The notes beneath the pieces are model-generated. The model was given only the letters and a program-made list of their open reading frames with translations. It was not told where the DNA came from and made no database searches. From Oligoflexales bacterium (lineage in GTDB: Bacteria; Bdellovibrionota_B; Oligoflexia; Oligoflexales; RGVZ01), in the NCBI GenBank assembly GCA_044236265.1, contig JBIIGV010000053.1, forward strand, positions 1 to 19,059: a stretch of DNA of 19,059 nt. The letters run 5' to 3'. The first letter of the stretch is position 1; the number at the start of each line of letters is the position of its first letter. The translations under genes were made by a program, and so were the position numbers. Shown here piece by piece: positions 1 to 8,476 of the stretch.

Positions 1-9
1 ATGGCCTTT

Positions 10-3000
10 CTACAGGTCGCAGTAACAGCCTACTGTGATATCCGCCTTACTTTTATCTCTCTTTTGGTTTGCGGCATAGCAATACTGTGCGACTTGAATA
101 CCACTTTGGGTGCCTTGCGCGCGGCAGTCCTTAAAAGGCCAGCATCCATATCGGAACTGGATTTTACCCACTGCTGAGACAGGAATATGCTCTCCTGACG
201 CACAATAACTCCCCTCGGGACTTAGTCTCGTGATTAGCCCCACTCCTGAACAAACGTTAGCGCAGGCCCCACCGTTTGTCGCAACCCACCGTGGGCTAAG
301 TGCAGAAATTGTACTGGAACTTCCCGTGCTGCTACTTTGTCCGTCGGCATTTGTTACAATGACAGCGTGTGAGCCAGCCGTTAGAGCAGTGCTTGTACAT
401 GTCGCCGATGTTGCGGAAGCAATCACAACATTCAAGCATTGGGACGGACCAACCTGAATTTTCGCGCCAGAAATAAAGCCAGATCCTTTAATTGTGATAA
501 GTTCTCCGCCCTTGGTTCGTAGCTTTAGGGGCGCAACCGCAGAGACAGTCGGTGCTGCTCTGTAGGTATAGGCACCCGGCAACGCACCACGCTGCAGATC
601 AGGATTGATCACAGCGACGTTGTAAACGCCTGCTGTGCGAGCACCTGGCTGGCAAGTCATCTGGTTGCTGCTTAAGAATTTCGTATTAGCGCAGTCTATA
701 CCTTGAATGCGCACAATGGCGCCTGACAAGAAGTTATTTCCATTAATGGTTAGTGTGTTGCCACCGGCAAGGGGGCCTCCAGTGGGACTAATGGAGATTA
801 CAGATGGTGGTGGTACCACGGTATAAACATTCGCTAAGACGGCCTTTTGACCATCTGGATTGGTCACACCTACAGAGTAAACTCCTGCGGTTTTAGCAGG
901 GGATTTACAGGTAATAGATGTGCTCGAAGGAGGTACTAGTTTAATGCACTCATCTGCTTCTATCCGAACAATCGAGTCACTTAAAAAACCTGTACCCGTT
1001 ATTGTTAACGTATTCCCTCCGGCTGCTTGCCCTGAAGTGGGACTTACAGAGGTTATGGTTGGAGGCGGAAGGGAAACCTGAATGTGGTCGCTATACTCTG
1101 AGCAAATAGGGCCATTACAAGCCCTTACTTTCAGATCTTGATCGACAGTCATCAAGCCGGGCTCAAATCTTGCCACGTTGGTCCCAGTCTCCGCAAATAA
1201 AACAGGTGCAGAGCCACTTGAGACTTTGGCGATCTCAAATCTTGTCTCTCCCGAACTCAAATCTTTCCATGTAAGCGTGTAGGGGGACTGATCGTCTTTT
1301 CTGGATGCGGTAAAATTGATTGGCTTTTCTGGTGTAGCTGGATACAAAAGTTTAATGTCATCAAGAAGCATTCCGTCTCGATCTTTATTTAAAATTTCAT
1401 ATGTTTTAAACCAGAAACGAAACCGGATTTTGTCTCCTGTTTTCAGCTTATTTCGAAGAGGAAACGATACGGTTTTCCATTCGCACTTTGGAGCGGTGTA
1501 GATTGCAATTTGTCGCCAGAGCGGTGATTGCATCCAATCATAGGCGTTTTTTTCCGGATTCCATACCATATACGATGAAAGAGGATCTGTTGCTTCGTTC
1601 AGCCTGAAGTCAATGAATGCTCTGTCATAAAAAGGATCACAGTCCAGTTTCGTGTCAAATTGAAAAATCACGTCAGGATGAGGTGCTACAAAAGGCTGCG
1701 TGAATTCCATATAATGATCTGCATAAATTCTCGGGCCTCCCGGACTATCTGTCCATACTTTGCCGCGTCCAGAAATTTCCTCCTGCTGCCAGGGCTGAGT
1801 GTAGCCAAACAAATCTTTTGAATTAATCCCATCGTAACTGTCGCCGCTGCTGAGCACTTGAACAGTTGCTTTTGATGTTTCAAAGGGAAGAGAGTTGCTG
1901 AGGGGGCCCATATTACCGACATTATCTACGGCTCTGATTGTGATGTAACCTCTTTGCCCGAGCTCTAAGCCTCGAACTTCAGCACGTATTAGCCCAGGAG
2001 TTGCCAGCTTCACGTGAGTGAGGTCAATGACTTTTCTTCCAGTCCAGGCTGCCAATTCTGTTATAGGCTCGCTGGAAACAACTGCGAGATACGCAGCTGC
2101 TTGACCCGAAGTTCCATCATCTCCTGCAGCGTTGAACGTGACTTCGACGCCTGAAACACCCGAGAAGTCGATTTTTAGATTGCTAACGATTCCTGGCGGC
2201 GTTACGTCGTTTTCAAGGCTCTTGAAAATATTGAGACGACGTCCTCCTTGAACCAGTGGGTTATCAATCGGCCATCGGTCGGGACGGTAAAAATCCTGTG
2301 GCAGATTTGGTTCAAGAAGCGTCTTTAGCGCGTCAGCGCCGTATAGCAAACGATTTTTGATCTCCGCAACCGTGGCTTGCGGGAATGCGCCTTTGATGAG
2401 TGCGGCTGCTCCAGCAACGTGAGGCGCTGCCATGGATGTCCCGTCCATTGCGAAAAGAGGTGCGTCCCGCCCAAAGTCACTTAGGCCTAAAGATAGGATA
2501 TTTGAACCAGGTGCCGCGATGTGAACTTTCTGAGCGCCAAAGTTTGAGAATGATGACTTCTGATCGAACTTATCTGTCGAGGCGACTGCAATTATATTTG
2601 GAAGGTCATAATTTGAAGGCGAGTTATGGATAGCGTCGTTATCGTAACCCCAATTGCCGGCGGCACTTACGAATAGGACACCTTTTTTTCCGGCGGCATC
2701 AATCGCATCCTTTAGAGCTTGGTTATATCCAAAGCCACCCCAGCTAGCGTTAATAATCGGAATATTCATCGCGGCAGCATACTCAATCGCTTTGATGGCG
2801 GCCGCCTCTTCACCAGCGCCATCAGCGCCGATAAATTTTAACGGCACTATTCCAACTTGCCAGTTAATTCCCGAAATTCCGATCCCGTTGTTTCCGACAG
2901 CTCCTATGGTTCCTGAAACATGAGTTCCGTGACCATGATCGTCCATCGGATCGTTATCGTTATTGACGAAGTCCCAGCCCTGAAAGTCATCCACGTAGCC

Positions 3001-3732
3001 GTTATTGTCATCATCTCGGCCATTTTGAGACTTGTCTTGTCCTTGAGCGTCGATGCCAAGCTCGCCTGGATTCTTCCAAATATTGGACGCTAGGTCAGGA
3101 TGTAAATAGTCTGCTCCCGAATCAGTTACGGCTACCCGAACACCTCTGGACCCTTTGGTGATGTCCCATGCTTTTTCAGTTCCAATGTCGGCACCGGCAA
3201 CTCCACCGGTTTGTCCGGTGTTTCTAAGGGCGTCCTGTTTTGGAAATTCTGGGTCATTGGGTAGTGCTTTAATCTTTACGATAGCGTTTGGCACCGCATA
3301 ATCAACAGACTTCACCTCGTTGAGAGCTGTGATGATAGCGAACACGTCCTGACGCGTAATGGCTGTTGGCACATTTATTAGTAGTGCACTCGATGATTTA
3401 AATTCATAAGTTTTTGATGCGTTTAGGGTTTTCAGTGTTTCCTGTACTTTGCTGGCAGCGGTGCCGGATTTAAACTTCAAAATAATTTGCTTTGGGATGA
3501 TATTTTTTGCCATGTTGATGTCCTGGATGAATTTATCCAGTTCTTTATCGTCCATTTTTAGAAGCATGGCCTTGATTTCGTTTACTCGCTTACCATCCAG
3601 GTCATTGAACTCTTGAGCGCCGGGACACGCGCAGCCGCTTATGACCACGAGCAGTGAAAGCCAAGTTTCACTGCTCATGTGCTTCAAGATGCGAATCCTA
3701 CTAATTAGTGAGCGTAGACCGTGAAGGGTCAT
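10..3732 (-). CDS. Large S8 (subtilisin-like) serine protease, probable lipoprotein: prodomain, S8, FN3-like, jelly-roll, FN3, 3x IPT/TIG, Cys-rich C-terminal domain
   Basis: Catalytic motifs are intact: VAVTDSG (Asp codon 3121-3123), DDHGHGTHVSG (His 2929-2931), AAGN (oxyanion Asn) and GTSMAAPHVAG (Ser 2434-2436). The WKNPGE...DDDNNGYVDDFQGWDF insertion is typical of subtilisin-like S8s. Lipobox-like LLVVISG-C. GAGGT RBS at 3741-3745 on the minus strand. Confidence 0.95.
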   Translation of the reverse strand: MTLHGLRSLISRIRILKHMSSETWLSLLVVISGCACPGAQEFNDLDGKRVNEIKAMLLKMDDKELDKFIQDINMAKNIIPKQIILKFKSGTAASKVQETLKTLNASKTYEFKSSSALLINVPTAITRQDVFAIITALNEVKSVDYAVPNAIVKIKALPNDPEFPKQDALRNTGQTGGVAGADIGTEKAWDITKGSRGVRVAVTDSGADYLHPDLASNIWKNPGELGIDAQGQDKSQNGRDDDNNGYVDDFQGWDFVNNDNDPMDDHGHGTHVSGTIGAVGNNGIGISGINWQVGIVPLKFIGADGAGEEAAAIKAIEYAAAMNIPIINASWGGFGYNQALKDAIDAAGKKGVLFVSAAGNWGYDNDAIHNSPSNYDLPNIIAVASTDKFDQKSSFSNFGAQKVHIAAPGSNILSLGLSDFGRDAPLFAMDGTSMAAPHVAGAAALIKGAFPQATVAEIKNRLLYGADALKTLLEPNLPQDFYRPDRWPIDNPLVQGGRRLNIFKSLENDVTPPGIVSNLKIDFSGVSGVEVTFNAAGDDGTSGQAAAYLAVVSSEPITELAAWTGRKVIDLTHVKLATPGLIRAEVRGLELGQRGYITIRAVDNVGNMGPLSNSLPFETSKATVQVLSSGDSYDGINSKDLFGYTQPWQQEEISGRGKVWTDSPGGPRIYADHYMEFTQPFVAPHPDVIFQFDTKLDCDPFYDRAFIDFRLNEATDPLSSYMVWNPEKNAYDWMQSPLWRQIAIYTAPKCEWKTVSFPLRNKLKTGDKIRFRFWFKTYEILNKDRDGMLLDDIKLLYPATPEKPINFTASRKDDQSPYTLTWKDLSSGETRFEIAKVSSGSAPVLFAETGTNVARFEPGLMTVDQDLKVRACNGPICSEYSDHIQVSLPPPTITSVSPTSGQAAGGNTLTITGTGFLSDSIVRIEADECIKLVPPSSTSITCKSPAKTAGVYSVGVTNPDGQKAVLANVYTVVPPPSVISISPTGGPLAGGNTLTINGNNFLSGAIVRIQGIDCANTKFLSSNQMTCQPGARTAGVYNVAVINPDLQRGALPGAYTYRAAPTVSAVAPLKLRTKGGELITIKGSGFISGAKIQVGPSQCLNVVIASATSATCTSTALTAGSHAVIVTNADGQSSSTGSSSTISALSPRWVATNGGACANVCSGVGLITRLSPEGSYCASGEHIPVSAVGKIQFRYGCWPFKDCRAQGTQSGIQVAQYCYAANQKRDKSKADITVGCYCDL
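298..1068 (-). repeat. Three tandem IPT/TIG-like protein repeats (~85 aa each) within the left S8 protease
   Basis: The units begin PTITSVSPTSGQAAGGNTLTITGTGF, PSVISISPTGGPLAGGNTLTINGNNF and PTVSAVAPLKLRTKGGELITIKGSGF. Each has two Cys and a V.NPD/NAD-like motif near its end. Boundaries are approximate. Confidence 0.9.
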
Positions 3733-3782
3733 ATGTCTCGACCTCGCGACTGTGTTTTAAACTAATTTATAATCACAGAGAT

Positions 3783-3809
3783 GAATCGGCACTTTCATAA
3801 AAACCTCTA
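3783..3809 (-). promoter_or_regulatory. Sigma-28 (FliA)-like promoter for the left S8 protease
   Basis: The minus strand reads TAGA-N15-GCCGATTC (extended TAGAGGTT-N11-GCCGATTC), versus consensus TAAAGTTT-N11-GCCGATAA: 6/8 in each box with exact spacing. It lies about 50 nt upstream of the ATG at 3732. Confidence 0.6.
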
Positions 3810-3963
3810 GGGTAAAGCCTTTGGAGACTGAAAGGTCTGCCCTTGTTTATTTGCTTATTAACTCTAAAAAAATGCGCGTTATTTGGAGGTTGCGGCTGAG
3901 GTGTGGATATTTTTTCAGGATTTCGTAGCTAGACTCTATTTTTAAATTCTGCCGGCGATCGTT

Positions 3964-3990
3964 TAAGTGCTCCGCGCAATAAGCCGAAGT
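3964..3990 (+). promoter_or_regulatory. Sigma-28 (FliA)-like promoter for the right S8 protease
   Basis: TAAG (3964-3967), N15, GCCGAAGT (3983-3990), versus consensus TAAA-N15-GCCGATAA. Followed by the RBS AGGAG (4000-4004) and ATG 4013. Confidence 0.55.
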
Positions 3991-4012
3991 CTGTTTAATA
4001 GGAGATGCCATT

Positions 4013-7000
4013 ATGCTGCCATTGCTTCACTTGGTACGTCGACGTTCAGCTTCGTTGAACATTGTCGTCTGTTGCCTCGCAGCGCTGCTTTATAGCTGTA
4101 AAGCTGGTCAGAAGGTTGTCACCAAAGCGCCTAGTGACGAGAAAAAGCAATTATCAGAGGATATGCTTCCCGAGCTAGGACCATTTGCTAATGATGCTAA
4201 CGACGCGGAACTTCGTAAGCAGTTTTTGACTATTCTTTCCCAGCACAGGAGTGCTTCCACAAAAAGTCTTGCCTTAATGAAGGCCAGCTCTTTGTCCCGA
4301 CCTCGGCGAGCGAAGACGCTGAACGTAAAAATGCGTTATCCCGTGGCTATGATCGCAAAGACCGCAGGTCGGCAGGGGGCTACAGATCTCGGAGCGCCGC
4401 TTCGAGCCGCGGGCGGAAAAATTAAAAAGCAGTTACGTGACGCTAACATGGTGAATGTCGAGTTTTCCGAAGCTTCAGATGATACTCACATGACCGCAGT
4501 TATAGATTTTCTAAAAAGGGATAGTCGCATTGATGTCGTTGAACCAGATTTTTTTATAAAGCTCAAAACCACGCCTAATGACCCAGAATTTGGACGGCTT
4601 TGGGGCCTCAAAAATTCTTCTGGCGGTGATGTCGGTATTAATGTTCTCCCCGCTTGGCAGAGAACGACTGGTGACGATCAGATAATCGTTGGCGTGATTG
4701 ATACTGGGATTGATTGTTCGCATCCGGATCTGGCAGACAATTGTTGGGTAAATCCAGGAGAAGATGGGCAGGACTCTTCCGGAAAAAGTAAGAGGTCAAA
4801 TAACATTGACGATGACGGTAATGGTTACATTGACGATTGGCAGGGTTGGAACTTCATAGATGAAACCAATAATGCCACAGATGACCATTTTCACGGTTCG
4901 CATGTGGCAGGAACGATTGGAGCTGTAGGAAATAATAATATTGGCGTTGTGGGCGTAAATTGGCGCGCATCCTTAGTGCCTCTAAAGTTTTTAGACTACG
5001 AAGGTGGTGGGTACATCAGTGATGCGATCGAAGCAATCGACTACGCGACAAAAATGAAATTTTTTGCCACGAATAATAGCTGGGGAGGCGGCGCTTACTC
5101 GGATCTTCTACGAGCTGCTATTGATCGTGCTGATGCTGCGGGTGTTCACTTTGTGGCGGCCGCTGGAAATTCTTCTGGCAATAACGATAAATTTCCGGAA
5201 TATCCGGCATCCTATGATTCGCCTAACATCGTAACAGTGGCGGCGATTGATTCCACTGGACAGATAGCTTCGTTTAGCTGTTACGGCGAAAAATCTGTTG
5301 ATGTAGCAGCACCAGGTGCCGGCATTTTATCAACGACACCGGGTGGCTCCTATGAAACGCTTAATGGGACCTCAATGGCAGCCCCCTATGTCACTGGAGC
5401 CATGGCCCTGTTGCGGTCAGAATTTCCAGATGAAACTCCAGCCATGTTGCGGACTCGACTCTTTAAAGGCGTCACTGCTCTGCCAACCCAGCGTCTCGAC
5501 GGGCGAAGGGTTCGCACCGGGGGAATGATCAACGTCATGCAGTCGATGACCTGGATGCCTGATTCAACTCCGCCATCGGCACCATCAGATATTTTGGTAG
5601 TTGATCATGACGTCTTAACAGGCAGCCCCTCTTCAATTGCAGCAACAATTACATTTAAAGAAAGCGGTGACGATGCTTACATCGGTCAGGCCAGTAGCTA
5701 CGTGGTGCGTTTCTCAAAATCACCGATACTAGACAGTGCAGGTTGGGATAATGCGCAGAAGTTAACTATCGTAGCTATAGAGACCGGACGCTCTGATAAG
5801 CGTGTAAAGGTTTTGATGAAGGACATTCCGGTGAACACGGTCGGATGGTTTGCGGCTCGCGCTTATGACGAGGAAGGCAACGAGTCAGCCACTTCTGAGC
5901 CTTTTAAATATGATGGATTTCTTATGAAATCGAAGATGACCTATGATGGTTCCACTTCGGTTGGTTTGCCATCCTCCTGGACCACAGAAAATGACCCAAC
6001 GCGCGGTCCAGTTTACAGTGACGGTGTTGGTTACTACACTGCCGACGTGAAAAAGCGTATGACTCTGCGGGAATTTAAGATTCCAAATGGAATGCAGCGC
6101 ATGGTGCTACGTTATTGGACAAAGTACTCTTTTGAGACGGGATTTGATTTTGGTCGAGTGTTTGTGCAAGGTGTGTCTGGCTCCGATACTCAGGTTGATG
6201 TCCTGACTGGCCACAAGAACTGGAACGAGCGGAGCATTGATCTGACAAGTATAGCCATGAATCATTTGGCGAAGGGCAAAAACACACTTACCGTATATTT
6301 CGTCGTGGAGTCTGATGAGGCATGGAATTATGACGGATGGCTCATAGATGATCTTGAGTTTCTCGCGAGTGACTCGCTATTTTCTAGCGCGGCGATACCA
6401 GAGTCATCATCGTCAGCTGGAAGTTTGAATATCCCGCTCGCTGCTGCGACTGGAAGTCTTTATTCATATAAGTATTTTAGCTCTGCATTTGGTGACTGTT
6501 TGGGCACGACTTACGATGGTGCAGAGCCTCTGACGCCAGTGACTACGCCGATCGCGATTAGTCAGTCATCAGATCTGTTCGGTGCTAGATCGCTTTGTAT
6601 TAGGGCAAAGGTTTCTGGTGTGACTAATTTAGTTTACGCTAACTATAATTGGGTCTATGAAAATGCTGCCGCTTTGGTTCAAGTAAATGGATTACCGAGT
6701 GGAAGAAGTTCCCTTAAAAACCTGACGATTCAGGTTTCCGCAGCCAGCGGCAGCCAGGCGACTTCTTTTAGCTACGCGTTTTCTGCATTACAATCTCATT
6801 CTACTGCTGAGCAGTTTTGTCGGGGGGAGGGTGGATCAGCACCGTCTTGGTCCGAATATCTACCTCTAGGTCAAAAACCGGTGATAGATCTGAATCCTAC
6901 TAACAGCCCTGAAACAAAAGTGGTCGCGCTTTGCGTTCGTGGTCGGTCCAGTGATGGTTCTCACCAGATCTTGCCGGTGGTTTATTCGTGGGTGGCGGAT

Positions 7001-8476
7001 TTCGAAGGTCCGACGGTGACACTCGAGGGTGTGCCTGCTGCCAAGAATAACTTGTCGTCCATCAAGGTTTCTCTGAAAGCCAGTGATGATTTGGTAGCTT
7101 GTAAAGCCAAGCTTATCTCGGGGTCGTTCACGAGCTGCTCATCTGCAAATGAAGGTTACATTGAATGCTCCGAGCCTCCGAGGTCTCATTCGGTTTCTGT
7201 TAGTCACGATGGTCCATATACGCTTTGTCTGTATGGACGAGATAGTCTGGGTAACCTTTCTCAGATACCGGTCTCGGCTTCCTGGACGCGTGACGGGACA
7301 GCGCAGCCGTTGGTCTTCTCAGGCTTGCCGTCCCAGTATTCAAACGTGAATAGCCTGGATATCGGAGTGTCGGCGGGAGAGTCCGGAAAATATCTGTACG
7401 CGATCGCGTCGGGTTTGGAATGTGACCCTGGCAAGCTTAACGCCAGTTCTTTATTCACACTCACGGAGAAAATTCGCGTCGGTTTACCAGCGCAAGACGG
7501 GCCAATGACTGTCTGCGGGGTGTTAATTGATGATCTGGGTAATCGCCAGCAAAGTCCTACGGTGTATACATGGACTAAGGATACTGCGCCCCCTTCGGTG
7601 AGCCTTTCAAATTTACCAGGCGCTTCGTCGGCTGATCAAAGTCTTAATGTGGGCGTGAGTGGCGGCGGCGCAACGGACTTTCAATGGGCTCTACTGTCCC
7701 AGCTGTCAGACTGTGCTCAAGCAGTTTATGGTGGCTTTGTTCCGATTTCGACCCGTATTACAGCGGCTGTGACAGGGGTTGGTGCGAAGAGGCTTTGTGT
7801 CAAAGGCAAGGATGCCGCTGGTAACTTACAGCAGATACCAACCTCGCATTCGTGGACTCAGGTTTCAACTTTGGCTCAAGTAGTTTCGGGTCTTCCGGGA
7901 TCCCCAACCTCTGCGACATCTATCAGGATTCGAGTGGGAGGGGGTAATGTGGTGCAATATCAGTACGCTATGCTGCGGTCAGCTAACTCTAATTGTGTCA
8001 GTAACATCAAATATGGAGCTTGGGTGGGGATCGGCTCGCCTGAATTCTCGCCGCCAATCCCTGCGAATACCAATGGTTTTATGACATTGTGTATCCGTGG
8101 AAAAAATAGCGCCAATCAAATTCAGACAACTCCAAGCATCTATCGATGGCTGCGTGTTCCCAATACGACCTCTCCAGCGTCCCAGCAAGTGTTCATGAAT
8201 ATCGCTCAAGTTTCAAAAACAGCAAACTCGCAGACACTGTCTTTTAATCGAAACGGTAACTACTTTCCGGCAGAACAAGTTGCAGCGCGTTTGTGTTCCT
8301 ATAGGCCAAGTGATGGGGCACTCTTGCGTTGTATTGATCGCTCAGTGACGTTTAGTCAAGGCGCTCCGAATGTTGCGGTAAACTTCACTGGCGTTACAAG
8401 TGGAGCGTGGGTGGCTTTTGTTACGCCGTCATCTGAAAATCGCGGTGCTGTTGAACCAGTGACGTTTATTCGCTGA
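4013..8476 (+). CDS. Large S8 (subtilisin-like) serine protease, probable lipoprotein: prodomain, S8, FN3-like, jelly-roll, 6 Cys-containing Ig-like repeats, terminal domain
   Basis: Catalytic motifs: VGVIDTG (Asp 4700-4702), DDHFHGSHVAG (His 4892-4894), AAGN and GTSMAAPYVTG (Ser 5372-5374). WVNPGE...DDDGNGYIDDWQGWNF insertion. Basic N-region plus lipobox-like LAALLYS-C. AGGAG RBS. Confidence 0.95.
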   Translation: MLPLLHLVRRRSASLNIVVCCLAALLYSCKAGQKVVTKAPSDEKKQLSEDMLPELGPFANDANDAELRKQFLTILSQHRSASTKSLALMKASSLSRPRRAKTLNVKMRYPVAMIAKTAGRQGATDLGAPLRAAGGKIKKQLRDANMVNVEFSEASDDTHMTAVIDFLKRDSRIDVVEPDFFIKLKTTPNDPEFGRLWGLKNSSGGDVGINVLPAWQRTTGDDQIIVGVIDTGIDCSHPDLADNCWVNPGEDGQDSSGKSKRSNNIDDDGNGYIDDWQGWNFIDETNNATDDHFHGSHVAGTIGAVGNNNIGVVGVNWRASLVPLKFLDYEGGGYISDAIEAIDYATKMKFFATNNSWGGGAYSDLLRAAIDRADAAGVHFVAAAGNSSGNNDKFPEYPASYDSPNIVTVAAIDSTGQIASFSCYGEKSVDVAAPGAGILSTTPGGSYETLNGTSMAAPYVTGAMALLRSEFPDETPAMLRTRLFKGVTALPTQRLDGRRVRTGGMINVMQSMTWMPDSTPPSAPSDILVVDHDVLTGSPSSIAATITFKESGDDAYIGQASSYVVRFSKSPILDSAGWDNAQKLTIVAIETGRSDKRVKVLMKDIPVNTVGWFAARAYDEEGNESATSEPFKYDGFLMKSKMTYDGSTSVGLPSSWTTENDPTRGPVYSDGVGYYTADVKKRMTLREFKIPNGMQRMVLRYWTKYSFETGFDFGRVFVQGVSGSDTQVDVLTGHKNWNERSIDLTSIAMNHLAKGKNTLTVYFVVESDEAWNYDGWLIDDLEFLASDSLFSSAAIPESSSSAGSLNIPLAAATGSLYSYKYFSSAFGDCLGTTYDGAEPLTPVTTPIAISQSSDLFGARSLCIRAKVSGVTNLVYANYNWVYENAAALVQVNGLPSGRSSLKNLTIQVSAASGSQATSFSYAFSALQSHSTAEQFCRGEGGSAPSWSEYLPLGQKPVIDLNPTNSPETKVVALCVRGRSSDGSHQILPVVYSWVADFEGPTVTLEGVPAAKNNLSSIKVSLKASDDLVACKAKLISGSFTSCSSANEGYIECSEPPRSHSVSVSHDGPYTLCLYGRDSLGNLSQIPVSASWTRDGTAQPLVFSGLPSQYSNVNSLDIGVSAGESGKYLYAIASGLECDPGKLNASSLFTLTEKIRVGLPAQDGPMTVCGVLIDDLGNRQQSPTVYTWTKDTAPPSVSLSNLPGASSADQSLNVGVSGGGATDFQWALLSQLSDCAQAVYGGFVPISTRITAAVTGVGAKRLCVKGKDAAGNLQQIPTSHSWTQVSTLAQVVSGLPGSPTSATSIRIRVGGGNVVQYQYAMLRSANSNCVSNIKYGAWVGIGSPEFSPPIPANTNGFMTLCIRGKNSANQIQTTPSIYRWLRVPNTTSPASQQVFMNIAQVSKTANSQTLSFNRNGNYFPAEQVAARLCSYRPSDGALLRCIDRSVTFSQGAPNVAVNFTGVTSGAWVAFVTPSSENRGAVEPVTFIR
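6380..8158 (+). repeat. Six degenerate ~94-113 aa protein repeats within the right S8 protease
   Basis: Recurring pattern GLP...S..SL.I.V...(Y/F).YA...C...LC(V/I)(R/K)G.D..GN.Q..P...W. The terminal Trp codons fall at 6650, 6989, 7283, 7571, 7853 and 8147 (spacing 113, 98, 96, 94, 98 aa). Confidence 0.85.

Noticed and set aside
3809..3843. c-di-GMP-I riboswitch (GGGTAAAGCC... start resembles GGCAAACC...)
   Set aside because: The downstream GACGCAAAG-like segment and second stem are absent, and the element lies outside both predicted transcripts.
10..8476. S8 protease anti-phage or toxin-antitoxin system (protease + AAA ATPase type)
   Set aside because: There is no adjacent AAA ATPase or effector gene in the window, and both proteases have export signals and extracellular-type domains.
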